Positions 1 through 12,475 of a stretch of 64,000 nt of DNA are shown piece by piece. Numbering within the stretch: position 1 is the stretch's first letter; every line of letters begins with the position of its first letter. The stretch covers positions 1 through 64,000 of the forward strand of contig MQRK01226571.1 of NCBI GenBank assembly GCA_001938485.1, given 5' to 3'. The DNA is from Girardia tigrina (Eukaryota). The translations under genes and the position numbers were made by a program. The notes beneath the pieces were generated by a model. The model was not told the origin of the DNA. It saw only the letters and a program-made list of their open reading frames with translations, and did no database searches.

Positions 1-119
1 ATAATAATAAATCACAATAAAATGGAAAAATATCAATTTATTATGAAAAATTCTGTATTTAATGTGGAAAAATATCAATTTATTATGAAAAATTCTGTTA
101 TTATTTCAAAAATTTACCT

Positions 120-230
120 TACAGCATTAGTGAGGCAGTGAGGCAGGCAGTGAGTGACTTGGGCTTTTATAATATAAAAAAAATTGAACCCCCGGCAAGA
201 GAGGGCCGCGAAGCGGGCCGAGCGCGCTAG
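120..230 (+). mobile_element. Helitron terminus: 3' hairpin + CTAG, with an inverted Helitron-5'-like segment just upstream
   Basis: GGGCCGC-GAA-GCGGGCC hairpin (~203-219) is followed 7 nt later by CTAG (227-230) and then T, the canonical Helitron 3' end. The minus strand of 121-177 reads TATATTATAAAAGCCCAAGTCACTCACTGCCTGCC, resembling a Helitron 5' end with microsatellite-like repeats. Confidence 0.65.
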
Positions 231-863
231 TAAGTATATAAAATGAATAAAAATGATTTCTGAAATTGATGTTACAAGCTCAACTAACAGTAGTATTAAT
301 AAATCTGTGAAAGAACATGTTTTATCAAAAACATTCAAACTTTATTGAAAAGATATATTATTTAGACGTGATTGATTTCGACGGATCATCGAACAAATTG
401 ATCCTGTTATCAATTTATTTGAGTAATGTAAATGAAAATTTTATTTACTTTTGTATTCTAATTATTTTTTGATTTTATATTTGTAGTATTACTAAATTAA
501 GTATCAATTCTGAATTAATTTTGAAACCATTCATCAGCTGTTCAAATATAAATATTAAAATTTTAAATAAAATATCATACCTGTGAAGCATGGCATGGCT
601 CTCTATAGGCCATTTATTTAGTCAATATTCTAAAATATGCATTTTAATGACATAAAGAAAGTCATATCCATACCTTAGACAGGTTTCTTACAGTTATTCT
701 CAGGAAATCAACGCATACTCCCCAAAAATTGTTCAATTCTAAAAGAGAGTAAATAAAGCAGTTCAAACACATTGTCTATCTGATCGAATCCAATTTTTTG
801 GAATATCACTTCTTTCTTATTTGTTATAATAGAAAAAAATCAAAAAAAATAAATATAACAATA

Positions 864-1778
864 TCAGGTGTACAAGTATGAAATGCGGATTAAATTTTGA
901 AAAGAAATACGTTAAAAACAAAAGAACGATAAAAAAAGCTTTATTCAAAATATTACTAATGATACATTTGTCCCATCTATATCTCAAATTGTGGATACCT
1001 CGCCAGTAAAAGTCTTCCTTTTTTTCCATGAACCATTCATCGACCCATTTTTGCACATTTTCGTAAGAATCAAAGCGCTGCTGAGCAAGTGCGTGACCCA
1101 TCGATGCAAACAAATGGTAATCTGAAGGAGCCAAGTGTAGTGAATAAGCCGCATGAGGTAAAACTTCCAAATTCATTTCCTCCAACATGGCAAGATTTCA
1201 CAAGTGGTTTTGCGACTCTCCATCTGCCTATCGTTCAATTGATATGGTACCCATCGGCCGATCTTATGAATCTTTCCCATCTTCCTGAGGCGATTGCTAA
1301 CAGCTTGTTGAGTAACACTTAATTGCTCTGCCAGTTGCTTCTGTGTTTGCGAATCATCTTCGTCCAACAAAGCTTGCAATTCCACATCTTCGAAACCTTT
1401 TCGTGGTTTCCCATGGTCCTTATCTGCAACATCAAAGTCACCACCATGGAAGCGCCGAAATCATCGTTCACATGTATCTTGCGATGGGGCATATTCACCA
1501 TAAGCTTCTTGGAGTAATCGATATGATTCAGCAGCAGTTTTCTTTAGATGGTAACAAAAAATTAGTACCGTCCGCGAATGCTCCCTGCTTGGCATAAATT
1601 TGGACATCTAAAACACAGAAATACAACAATTATTAAACCGCTTTATCAATTTATGAGTTACGTATGAGACACTATATAATTACTCAATATTATGACATCA
1701 TTGCCTAACCATTGACCTACTTTTTGCATTGTGCACAATCCGTTTTCTGAAATCCGCATTTCATACTTGTACACCTAA
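864..1778 (-). mobile_element. Mos1-like (mauritiana subfamily) mariner, internally deleted
   Basis: 28-bp TIRs TCAGGTGTACAAGTATGAAATGCGGATT (864-891, 1751-1778; 1 mismatch) flanked by TA. Transposase pieces ELQALLDEDDSQTQKQLAEQL...GRWVPYQL and LPHAAYSLHLAPSDYHLFASMGHAL are present. The segment with the first two catalytic Asp is missing. Confidence 0.95.
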
Positions 1779-1859
1779 TAGTATGAAATAATAAAAACAA
1801 ATGAAAATTATTTTGGAACCCAAAAATGACAGATCTAAGTTGAGAGGATGAATTAACAG

Positions 1860-2900
1860 ATCGTTTCGCTATCGATGTTTCAGACAGTGACGGTCTCTAG
1901 CCATCATGATAAGTGGTCCATTATAGCGAAAATGTAATCATAACCACGGTCGTTAGGTAATGGTCCGACAAGGTCTATGTGGGTAATCGAAAACCTCGAT
2001 GTTATTTGGAAATGCATCAATTTTGGTGAAAGTTTTCTAGTAGCTTTGTACATCTGATAAAGAGTACATTGAGACGTGCAAGCTTTAACATCACGCAGTA
2101 GATGCGACCAGATTCTCGGGTATGCAGAAGCTTGTAAGTATCTGTGCTACCATTGTGGTGTAGATTATGAATGCGGTCAAAAGCTTCCTTCTGAAGATTG
2201 TCTGTCAATATAAACACTGAGTTTTGGATACGCTGGTGTCGTAAGCTTTAGTGTTGATGAACATGATGCTTTATAAATAACATAGGTCATCTGGTAATAG
2301 CAATGAAAGCGTTTATCGTTCTTTCTAAAATATTGCCTGAAAAGTGATGCTAAGGATAAAATTGAATAAAAAAAATCAGAGATTGAGTTTTGTTTGCCTG
2401 GCAGAGATGTTAACAACATATAGAATTCTGAGAGGAATGAAATCTGGCGTTGCTGGTGCAGTGATAGGTATTTCATTCACATAAGATAAATCATGGGTTT
2501 ATCGTCTGTTGTGATAACGATTTTTCGATCCTGTAAAAAATGTCTAAAATAATCACTGCTAACACAATAGGCAGAGTTCCCGGTTAAATGTAGAATATTC
2601 CTGTTCGGTGGCGCTTAATTTTGCAAAAAGGAATTCTATTGTTTGGTATGTGTTACTTGATTAATTTGTTTAGAACTGCCCTTGATCCGTTATAGGATGT
2701 ATAAGTAGAAATGTACAATACATCACTTTTTTCGGGTGGGTCCAAAGGTGTTCGAAATCTGTCTGGAGTTCTGCATTCATATTGATTTCTGCGAATTTAG
2801 CGTGTGATCTGAGTGTGGACGTCATCAAAGTGCAGCATCTACACATCTGCGCGACTAACTCTGTGACCAACATGATTTTGTATTTTATGCATAGCTGTTT
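1860..2900 (-). pseudogene. Degenerate Ty3/Gypsy pol fragment (RNase H to integrase zinc finger)
   Basis: Frameshifted motifs HQQRQISFLSEF, LPGKQNSISDFF (end of RNase H) and RIHNLHHNG (integrase HHCC). Confidence 0.65.
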
Positions 2901-3171
2901 CTTCACTTGAATCCCTTTGTCATTAAGCTAGGCCAGAAGGTAACTTCAGGCAGTGAAAAGTTTGTAATATTTTTAACTTTAATAAAATGTTGATCTCTGC
3001 ATTTGTTGTGTTTATTAATTGGAACACGAAAGCTCTCAATGATATTTTTCAATTTTCGAATCCTGCGATGACAGTAGTGTGATTGAACAAAGTCTGCTAT
3101 CGACATTTAAACGAATATACTAAATTGATCCTAAAAGATAAAAGTTTAATTACGAATTCAGTCTTGTAATC

Positions 3172-5335
3172 TGTTACGACCGAGATATTTGAGTAACTGA
3201 CAACTCGAAGAAAATCCTCCTACACAACCTACACCCCGTACGCTCGAGACCTTTAGAGGAAATTGTGAGGATAGTCTAACTCGGCTATCCTCATTTAAGT
3301 CTAAGATCGGCCCCGAGCTTGTTGATGTAAAAGGAAGGCGAAGGATTCCCCTGAGCTTATCCAGATTGTCTCTGAAGCTTTCTGAGACCCCTGGATCCGT
3401 CAGAGAATCCCTTACAATCTTCAGAAACCCTCGAAACTTTCTGAAAATAAGAAATAAAAAATTAACAAAATTTAATTAGTTAATTAACAAGAATTTAAGA
3501 AACCCATGATGATTCCATATGGTTTCGACATAAGCCGGAAAACCATGTCGCGTAAACAATCGTCTGTTCGCGAACATCCTGAATGAACTTCAGGAATGAT
3601 TTGGCGATCCGATAAACATTGTCGATGAATCCAGTGGGTGGCCTATCCACAGACATCCTGAATGTACAACCGTTATACGAATAACATAAAATAAATGTCA
3701 CGAACGCACGCATCCACCTGTATACTTTGTTTAGGTTTCGCGATGCGGTTTTCGGTTGTTGTTTTGTCTCGTTACGAGGTTATACGCAAAATGTCGCATC
3801 CTGTCCCTATAAATACCTGTGTAAATTATACACAATGCCCACAAATCACTAATCAATACAAAAATTTTTGTTACGTGCCATCAACTTTAATTGACATTAT
3901 TTGGCGAAGATTATTAATTATTCGGCGAAATTATTCGATAGTGGAAGGTATAAGATCATTTGATTATTGGTGATATGATTTCGTCTCCATTGCACTTTAT
4001 TTTTGATTTTGTTGTATTTCGGAAATTTGTTTGTTTTAGTTTTAATTAAATAATTTTGATTCAATTTTAATATTTTTTTATCATGCTATTTACTACGTTT
4101 CTATAATCTGGAGTGTTTTAATAAAAGTTTTGAACATTAGAATTTCATTAATTTCTCAAACAACATTTTCATCAAGGTTCCGACTTAGTAATAACCTGAA
4201 TTATATCTTGAGTATGAAAATCAAATTGTCGAGGCCGAACCGAAAAGAAGATGCGAACACAGTTCACTTCTGTGTCCAAGAGATCAGGAGGAAGGGTCGT
4301 TGGACTCCGAAGTGTAACTGAGTCGCATGTAACTCTTGTAAATGATGTATATAGCAGATTATAAAGTGAACGGAGAATTAATACGATGATAACTTTGTTA
4401 TTGTATTTATTATTGTCGCTGATTTTGTCATAATAATATTTTATGAATAATAATATTTTATATTAATATTTAAATAATTTGACTTAATAATATTTTATGA
4501 ATAATAATATTTTATAATAATATTTTTATAATTTGTCTTGAACAATTTGTCATGAATAATAATGTTTTATAATAATTTGCCTTAATAATATTTTATGGAT
4601 AATAATATTTTGTAGCAACACTCTACTAAATATTTTATAATTTCAGTGATTCAGTAATATAGTTTTATTTAATTAAGATTTGAATTTAATTAATTTAATC
4701 TTTTATTAATCTTATTTTGTAAAGAAGTACTAACGATTTTCTTTGATAATTGATTTTCCTTTGATAACTATAATTTAAATTTTGACTTACCTAATTGTAT
4801 CGGACTATATTTTGAGAGTGCCTAAATGTTCTTTGATTTAATTTTGTGCGAATAAATGGCTCAACCTGATAAAGATATTTGAATGACCTATGTGAATAAT
4901 ATGAAACGATATGAATGGAAAATTAACATGGATAATATGACTTATGTGAATAATATGAGTTAATGTGAACATGAAATTACTCCGAATAATATGATCTGAA
5001 AAGATACGATTGAACTCAATAAAGATGAGCGAGTACGAGAAAAGCGTGAGTATCTGCGAGAGTAGAGTTTAAACCTTTAAATGATTCTGATCGAAAATGG
5101 TTAAAGTATTTAAAGCGCTGAGAGTCGAATATGAAATATAATATGTAAAGTTGTATCAATATATATATGCAAATATAAAATATAATTTGAATATTTCAGA
5201 GGACCTTCAGTAACGACGTAGGGTGCTCGTAGCATGCAAGGGGCACGCGGGTAGTCCGACGTTTGTTTCTTTGGGATTCTCTTTGCCTTTTATCGACATT
5301 GTAACGTGCAATATCAATCTTAGCTCGAACTAATA
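3172..5335 (-). mobile_element. Probable long (~2.16 kb) LTR of a Gypsy-type element
   Basis: On the minus strand it is preceded by a PPT-like GGAGGGGTTGA (5336-5346) and ends in GTCGTAACA. Both ends are homologous to the short LTR at 17202-17363. It contains AT-rich tandem repeats. Confidence 0.6.
4430..4610. repeat. AT-rich minisatellite (TAATAATATTTTATGAA-like units)
   Basis: Directly visible tandem reiteration. Confidence 0.8.
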
Positions 5336-5824
5336 TCAACCCCTCCAGAAGCTGAGCTACCAGTCGGGTCATCCTCGGTACTGGTTAAGAACCCGAAGGC
5401 GCTCCGATGTTCATACAACTTGTTAATGTGAGCGAATGAGGTGTGTCTGTTCCCCGTTGACATGAAATTGGTGAAGTTTTGACAGAGTTTCTGTTGAACT
5501 CTAATGGAAAACGGATGCGGGCTCAGAGCTTTTGAAAATGTTGTTTTGAAGGGGAACACGACAAATCGAAATCTAATTCTAAGGTAAGAATTAAAAGAAT
5601 AAAATCCTCTAAAAATGAATTGAAAATAAAGTAAATGTTGAGTATATAAAAAATAAAATGCAGTTTTTGGTCCAGTGTTAGCATGTAAACTGTACACCAA
5701 CCTGAGTATCAAAGACAAGGACAAGGATACTACTTTTATTTAAAAAAAACAAATAATAAGAAAAATAATTTATTTTATACTATTATCAGAAAAAAAAGGA
5801 GATTGCAACAAATGTATGAATAAA

Positions 5825-7291
5825 TCAAATCTTTTTAATTGAAATAATATCTTTAATTGCCGCAATTCTTTCTGTCATTGGGGGTTGAGAGTGATTGAAT
5901 ATCGAGTACCATTTGTCACACAGTGGAAATCGGGAATTGTTATCTTGTAACTTTATAAGAGCATTGATCAATTGTTCACCTTTTCCTAACTTTACTACAA
6001 ACTCATCGGCCTGATATTCATTTCGTCTTGACAATAATGTCATTGTATATTCCAAAAGTGTGTGATAAGGTGAAAATAAGAACTGAAATATCAGTATTAA
6101 TTTAATCAAATTCGGTGTTCCGATTTCTTTAAATCCAAAAATTTTGAATAAATTTCCATAGTTGAAAAGGATTCCGAATGCATAAAACAACAAAAACAGA
6201 TTAATCTGACTGAAAATTAAATTTTTCGTTACATGATTAAGCTTCCAATGTCCAAATTCGTGAGCTAAAATAGCTAATACTTCTTCCTCTGTATGTTCTT
6301 GATTTCTTAATGTTATTTCATCTCCAAGAGTTTCCTTTAGTTTTAAAATCGGTTGCTCCTGTCCAAGAAGCGTATCAGATATAACAATATATTTGTTATT
6401 CCAAAACCCATATGTATAAATATTACTATGGACTATTTTCTTCGAACCTTTAGCTACCAGTATTTTCACCAACGGAAATTTAATACTCTCAGCAAAGTCT
6501 TCTATGGACGTTTTTAATGTACCATCACTCAATTGAGTGTGGTTATTAAAAAAAATGGCAAGAAATTCTGGATACACAAAATAAATAAGTACCATAACTG
6601 AAACGCTAAACGCCCAAGCATATAAATAAAAATATCTCCCACCCAATTTTATGATATTTAATAAGCAGTAACTAATCGGTAAAATTAGACATAAAGTCAT
6701 TGCAAAATTTCGTATTTGATCAAGAAAAAATAGTTTTCCAGTTGGTTTATTTAAGCCGTGCTTTTCTTCAAGATAAAAATTATTGTATATTTTCCAAGGT
6801 AAACCGTCGAGAAAGGAAAGTGTTGTAATGTATAATAAAAACACTAGAGAAGCTGTTAATTCATGATCTTCGGACAATGTTTCTTCTATCGGTAAATCTG
6901 TTAGGTCAATATCGGACTCAGTGATACTTTTGACGGATAACGTCCAAAACCATGGAAGAGTATTGCTCAAGAGAATAAATGTAACTTGCATCATTAAATA
7001 CCAACTGTTATACATGTTGAAATAGTTTTTATCCAGTGAATATTTTCTTGCTCGTTCATAATTTTCTTGAGTTATTGTAAACAAGATTTCTAATGGAGGA
7101 TTGACTGATTCTATCAAGAGTTTTCGCTGACGGTAATTTAAATAAGCATCGAATAAAAATGTTGACCATAAGAATCCTAAAATACCTAAAAATAAAATGA
7201 CTTCCAAATCTCCCATTAGAGCTCGCTCGAAGAAATCGACAATTTTTTCTTTATAAAAGTAATAATGGGATATATCGTTTTGAAAATCCAT
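5825..7291 (-). CDS. ZMPSTE24: CAAX prenyl protease 1 homolog (M48 zinc metalloprotease), single exon, divergent
   Basis: 488-aa ORF with multiple TM segments, YLNYRQ, ARKYSLDK, EEKHGLNK, HSNIYTYGF, SDTLL, zinc motif HEFGH, third ligand in EYQAD, and C-terminal PPMTERI. Confidence 0.93.
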   Translation of the reverse strand: MDFQNDISHYYFYKEKIVDFFERALMGDLEVILFLGILGFLWSTFLFDAYLNYRQRKLLIESVNPPLEILFTITQENYERARKYSLDKNYFNMYNSWYLMMQVTFILLSNTLPWFWTLSVKSITESDIDLTDLPIEETLSEDHELTASLVFLLYITTLSFLDGLPWKIYNNFYLEEKHGLNKPTGKLFFLDQIRNFAMTLCLILPISYCLLNIIKLGGRYFYLYAWAFSVSVMVLIYFVYPEFLAIFFNNHTQLSDGTLKTSIEDFAESIKFPLVKILVAKGSKKIVHSNIYTYGFWNNKYIVISDTLLGQEQPILKLKETLGDEITLRNQEHTEEEVLAILAHEFGHWKLNHVTKNLIFSQINLFLLFYAFGILFNYGNLFKIFGFKEIGTPNLIKLILIFQFLFSPYHTLLEYTMTLLSRRNEYQADEFVVKLGKGEQLINALIKLQDNNSRFPLCDKWYSIFNHSQPPMTERIAAIKDIISIKKI

Positions 7292-8273
7292 TTTATTTAC
7301 ATCTTTTTGGTTGTGTAAGTATTTGAATGGTTCATTATATATGTCTATGTATTGATAGATGCTTATTTTTTATTCATTATCGATAAATTTTATAAATTTT
7401 ATAATTGACAAATTAAATATATGTGTATAGTATATAATTTTTACAATCTGTAGAGTCACTTAAATTATTAAAGTATTATAGGCAATGAAGTGAAAAATTC
7501 TAAGTTAGAGTTCAAAATCTAAAATTAAATAACCAAAATGCAGAAAACAAAATAAATACATACGTTATAAACATGTATTTTCATTTAATATAAACTGAAT
7601 TCATCTGTTACATTTTAATATGGCAATTTTACACTTTAATCGGACATCTATATTATAAAATTATGAATACAAACAGATATGCAAAACTTACCAATCAAAA
7701 TTGACTGGTTTTAAGTTATGATAAGTCATTTAAATTTTAGAAGAGAAGTCTTATATAGAAATTGTAGAATAAATAAGTATGTTCATAATTAAATATACGC
7801 AAAAAAATAAGAGAAACAACAGCAAAGATACTTTATTCTTTACATTTTAAAAGGATACTTAATGTTTAAGTAAGACAATCTGACACTCTTTCATGATTGT
7901 CTTCACCTGAACTTTATTTATCATAGACATCAAATTTAAAATTCATGACTCAGATTATTTTACACATTTCGGAATATTAATCGGCTGCCAGAACAAACGA
8001 CTCAGAATACAAGAGACGGTATCATACACCGATGATCCTCGCCTTGGTCCACAACTCTACATGCTAACAAGAAGAAAGACGTTTCTGAGAAACAATGCGG
8101 TAAATTCAGACTCCTGTACACATCTACCGGTCCCAGACAGCTACCCACTTCTTTTCATCATTGACATTTTCCACCTTATCAATCAACAGCGACATTCTCC
8201 ACAATCGATATATACCAGGCTTACCACCAGGTCCCAGTTGCACAACTCGATTTTTTCATCTTTACAATGTCTT

Positions 8274-9200
8274 TCATACTGATAAATGACCTCCTAATGC
8301 TCCATCATGATAATGTAGCATTAAAATTTGTTGATGATTTTCTGGAATAACTAACAATTTATTTTGACCATCAAAATATTTCAGTATTCCTTTATAGACA
8401 AAATACTTTTTACCTTCATTGATAAATTGTTTTAATTGCTTCATATTTTCTATTTGCGGAGCTTCTTTCGCAATCTTTTTGACTTTTTCGTCCCTAAGTT
8501 GATCCTCCTGAAAAATATCGATATTGGCGACTTTTCTCACAGCTGCGATGATTGTATTTTGAATGATTTCTCCTTCTTTAAGTTCATCTTGTTGGTCCAT
8601 TCTAGACATGGCATCTGCAGTAGCATTATCTTTACCCGTTTTATATCGTATTTGAATATTATATTCTTGTAATTTTAAAGCCCAACGTATTAATTTGCTG
8701 GCTGAATCTCTGTGATTCATTAACCATTGTAGAGGACTGTGATCCGTATATAAAATAATTTCATTACCATACAGGTATTGCCTAAAGATATCAACACCAA
8801 ATACAATCGCTAAAGCTTCCTTTTCTATAGTAGCATATCTCCTTTCATGAGGCTTTAATGATCTACTTGCGTATGCAATAACATGATCCTTTCCCCCTTC
8901 CGTTTGTTGACCAAGTACTTCCCCAATGGCATATCCACTTGCATCTGTCATTAATATAAAAGGTTTGGACATATCTGGGTATCTCAAAATTGGCTTGGTA
9001 ATTAATTTTTGTTTTAAAGTTTCAAAAGCTTCCTGTTGTGGTTTATTCCAAACAAATTTATTGCCTTTGCGTAATAAGGAATTTAACGGGTTTGCGATGT
9101 GTGAAAAAAATTTTTAAGAATCGTCTATAATAACCTGCTAACCCTAAAAACTGTTGTAATTGTTTTATGTTTTTTTGGTATAGTGCAGTTTTTAATCTTT
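8274..9200 (-). pseudogene. Ty3/Gypsy pol fragment (RT thumb, RNase H, start of integrase)
   Basis: QQFLGLAGYYR-like segment; PDMSKPFILMTDASGYAIG; IAYASRSL; EKEALAIVFG; TDHSPLQWL; RWALKLQEY; GKDNATADAMSR; YHDGALGGH. Confidence 0.92.
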
Positions 9201-10351
9201 GAAATGTTGTCATCATTGGGTTTCAACCCATCTTTTGATATTGTATGACCAACATAAGACACAGAATGCGATATCTATGTGCGAAGCAAGGAATAGATGT
9301 GTCAAACGCGGATATCAAGGATCTGATTTCATTATGTCAAAAATATCAATCCATCGATTCGGCACCCGTAAAATGGAAAACCGGAAGGCTGAACGTCAAT
9401 TAAAATTGGACAAAACTTGCTGTGGATGTTACAAAGTACAATCAACAAAAATTTTTAAGTGTAATCGATTGTGGTCCTTCTCGCTTTGCGATATGGAAAT
9501 TAATTAAAGCTGAAGACGTCAAGTCAATTGTCTCAGAATTCTCAAGTTTGTTCTGTGAACGCGGGTCTCCCAAGGAACTAATTATTGATAATTATACTTT
9601 AATTAAGTAGAATTCAACAAGCTAATGGAAAAGTGGAACGTTCGAGTCATGTATCGTGCCATCAATCGACGTTACTGCAACGGAAAAATGGAAAGGAATC
9701 ATAGAACAATCAAAAGAATTGCGTTCAGATCAAATATCAGCATATTGGAAGCCTTATAGTGGTATAATAACACGCCATCTGAAGGAATAGAAACACCAAG
9801 CTCGGCGCTGTATAGCTATTTGCCCATAGGGTTAGATATAATTGGAAGAAGTGAAAAGGAACCGTTTTGTGGAAATCCAGATTATGTTGAGAATCAATTA
9901 GTGTGGGTAAAACCGGAAAACAGTACACCATGTACACTGCAATGGACCAAGGGTGTTGTCGTGAAAAGAATAGATCAAAGGAAATATCTCGTAAATTGCA
10001 ATGGATTTTGCGGTCGAAGACATATCGCAGACATTCGACCTAGACAGTCTGACTTGGTTGAAAATTCCAAGTCATACTATATGAATATGGAGGAAACTGC
10101 ATCACTACCAGATAATCAAACACAAGAGGAACAATCATTGAACAGTCGGCCTAGTAGAGAAAGACGAAGACCGTCTTATCTAAATGATTACATTGTGGAT
10201 TCAGATTCTTCTATGGATGAATCTGGTGGGAGTGTTGGATATTAGATATCTTGATTATTTAAAATATTTAATATATACTTTTTTGATAAATATTTTGTTT
10301 AAATATTATCAATTAAACAGTGTTTTGAAAATAAACTTTTCGTGTGTTACA
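9200..10351 (+). mobile_element. Gypsy integrase remnant with PPT and short 3' LTR
   Basis: MDVTKY...FLSVIDCGPSRFAIW, IIDN, NGKMERNHRTIK and a C-terminal RPSRERRRPSYLNDY. Then PPT GGTGGGAG followed by TGTTGG...AATAAA...TTACA (~10233-10351). Confidence 0.8.
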
Positions 10352-10773
10352 AATTTTTAAAAAAGAAAAACCCAAACGAAAAAAATTTCCGAAAAATTTA
10401 TTTATCGATTTTGATATCATTCAATCAAACTAATCCTAATTCATTTTGTTTTAATTATCTGAATATTTGAAATTCTGTTTCAACTTGTTTGTTTTTTTTC
10501 TAATTAGAAACTCAATACTCAAAATTTTCAATTGAAATCTCTTAAGAAAGAAAATAATAACATCGAAACATCAAAAGTAAAAAAAAACAAAATAACCCGA
10601 AAATTTATTATAATATATTATAAATTTTTTAAAAAATCAAATTTACAATTTTTAAAAAGAAAAACCCAAACGAAAAAAAAATTTATTTTTCGATTTTGAT
10701 ATAATCATTCAATCAAACTAATCCAAATTGATTTTGTTTTAATTATCTGATTATTTGAAATTCTATTTCAACT
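10349..10773 (+). repeat. ~130-bp direct duplication upstream of COPS2 (10349-10485 and 10645-10773)
   Basis: AAAAAGAAAAACCCAAACGAAAAAA...TCATTCAATCAAACTAATCC...GAAATTCT(G/A)TTTCAACT occurs twice. Confidence 0.85.
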
Positions 10774-10871
10774 GTTTGAGAATTTCTATTTATTTTCAAA
10801 GCGAATTAAATTTTCGTTAATTTCGGTGAATCGAATTATAAAATATTCACGAAAAAATCAAAAAAAAAACC

Positions 10872-12209
10872 ATGTCAGATTTCGATGACGATATGGACGA
10901 CGGGGAATTGTCGATCGAGTATTCCTCGGAAGACAATTCGGAACCCGATGTCGATTTGGAGAATCAATATTATCACGCGAAATCGCTGAAAGAATCGAAT
11001 CCGTTATCGGCGATCGAAGAATTCAAAAAAGTGCTTCAAATCGAATCGGCGGGCGAGCGAGGCGAATGGGGCTTCAAAGCGCTCAAACAGATCATCAAGA
11101 TCCATTTCCGATTGAACAATTCCGAGGAAATGATGAAGAATTACGTGCAATTGTTGACGTACATCCGGTCGGCCGTCACGAGGAACTATTCCGAGAAGTC
11201 GATCAACTCGATTTTGGATTACGTGTCGACCTCGAAGCAAATGTCGATGCTGCAGAAGTTCTACACGACGACTCTGGAGGCGCTCAAGGAGGCCCGGAAC
11301 GAGCGGCTGTGGTTCAAGACCAACACGAAGCTCGGCAAGCTCTATCTCGAGATGAACCAGTGGATCCTGCTGCTGAGAATCATCAAGGAGCTGCGCCAGA
11401 GCTGCCAGACGAACGACGGCGAGGACGACCTGCGCAAGGGCACCCAGCTGCTGGAGATCTACGCGCTCGAGATCCAGATGTACACGGTGCAGCGCAACAA
11501 CAAGAAGCTCAAGAACCTGTACGAGCAGTCGCTGCACATCAAGTCCGCGATCCCGCACCCGCTCATCATGGGCATCATCCGCGAGTGCGGCGGCAAGATG
11601 CACCTGCGCCAGGGCGAGTTCGACAAGGCCCACACGGACTTCTTCGAGGCGTTCAAGAACTACGACGAGAGCGGCAGCCAGCGGCGCACGCAGTGCCTCA
11701 AGTACCTGGTGCTGTCGAACATGCTCACCAAGTCCGCCATCAACCCGTTCGACTCCCAGGAGATCAAGCCGTACCGCGACAACCCGGAGATCGTCGCCAT
11801 GACGAACCTGGTGTCCGCGTACCAGATCAACGACATCCAGACGTTCGAGGCGACCCTGGCCGAGAACGAGGACACGATCATGCAGGACCCGTTCATCCGC
11901 GAGCACATCGAGGAGCTGCTGCGCAACATCAGGATCGACGTGCTCATCGGGCTCGTCAAGCCGTACAAGACCGTGCGCATCGCGTTCCTCGCCCAGCGGC
12001 TGAACATCGGCGCCGCCGAGGTCGAGGGGCTGCTCGTGTCCTGCATCGCCGACAACGTCATCAAGGGCAAGATCGACCAGAAATCCGATATTCTCGTGAT
12101 CGACGAGCCGAGGAGGGAAGCCAAATACAAGTCGCTCGATAAACTGATTACGGAAATCGATAAACTGCATCACAATCTCGTGTCGCGAGTCGTCGACCAC
12201 TCGAGCTGA
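10872..12209 (+). CDS. COPS2: COP9 signalosome subunit 2 (CSN2/Alien), single exon
   Basis: 445-aa ORF with [105 protein letters not shown] and a C-terminal PCI domain. Confidence 0.98.
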   Translation: MSDFDDDMDDGELSIEYSSEDNSEPDVDLENQYYHAKSLKESNPLSAIEEFKKVLQIESAGERGEWGFKALKQIIKIHFRLNNSEEMMKNYVQLLTYIRSAVTRNYSEKSINSILDYVSTSKQMSMLQKFYTTTLEALKEARNERLWFKTNTKLGKLYLEMNQWILLLRIIKELRQSCQTNDGEDDLRKGTQLLEIYALEIQMYTVQRNNKKLKNLYEQSLHIKSAIPHPLIMGIIRECGGKMHLRQGEFDKAHTDFFEAFKNYDESGSQRRTQCLKYLVLSNMLTKSAINPFDSQEIKPYRDNPEIVAMTNLVSAYQINDIQTFEATLAENEDTIMQDPFIREHIEELLRNIRIDVLIGLVKPYKTVRIAFLAQRLNIGAAEVEGLLVSCIADNVIKGKIDQKSDILVIDEPRREAKYKSLDKLITEIDKLHHNLVSRVVDHSS

Positions 12210-12475
12210 AGATAGAAGCTGAAGGGATTCGGAATCGATCGGATGTCAATATCGATATGTTTGTCGCTTTCACCAACTCTCTCTGTCTCTCGTTTGGTTG
12301 ATCGAGTTTTTCCGATCTGTCTATCGATCGATCGATCGGTCGAGTGAGAATAGAAATAAATTTTCGAGTTGTTTTGTTTCATTGGGCGGTTGTTGTTTTA
12401 CTTGATTGATTTGCGTGCACTTGTTTACACCTAAATAAGGCATCTGTATTATGAAATTATACATACAAACAGATA

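Noticed and set aside
5320-5724. 134-aa ORF crossing the PPT region
   Set aside because: The homologous copy at 17082 differs mostly by non-synonymous changes, so RNA structure explains the conservation better.
11004-12200. 398-aa antisense ORF and 358-aa alternate-frame ORF over COPS2
   Set aside because: Expected shadows of extreme GC3 codon usage, which depletes stop codons. No independent protein features.
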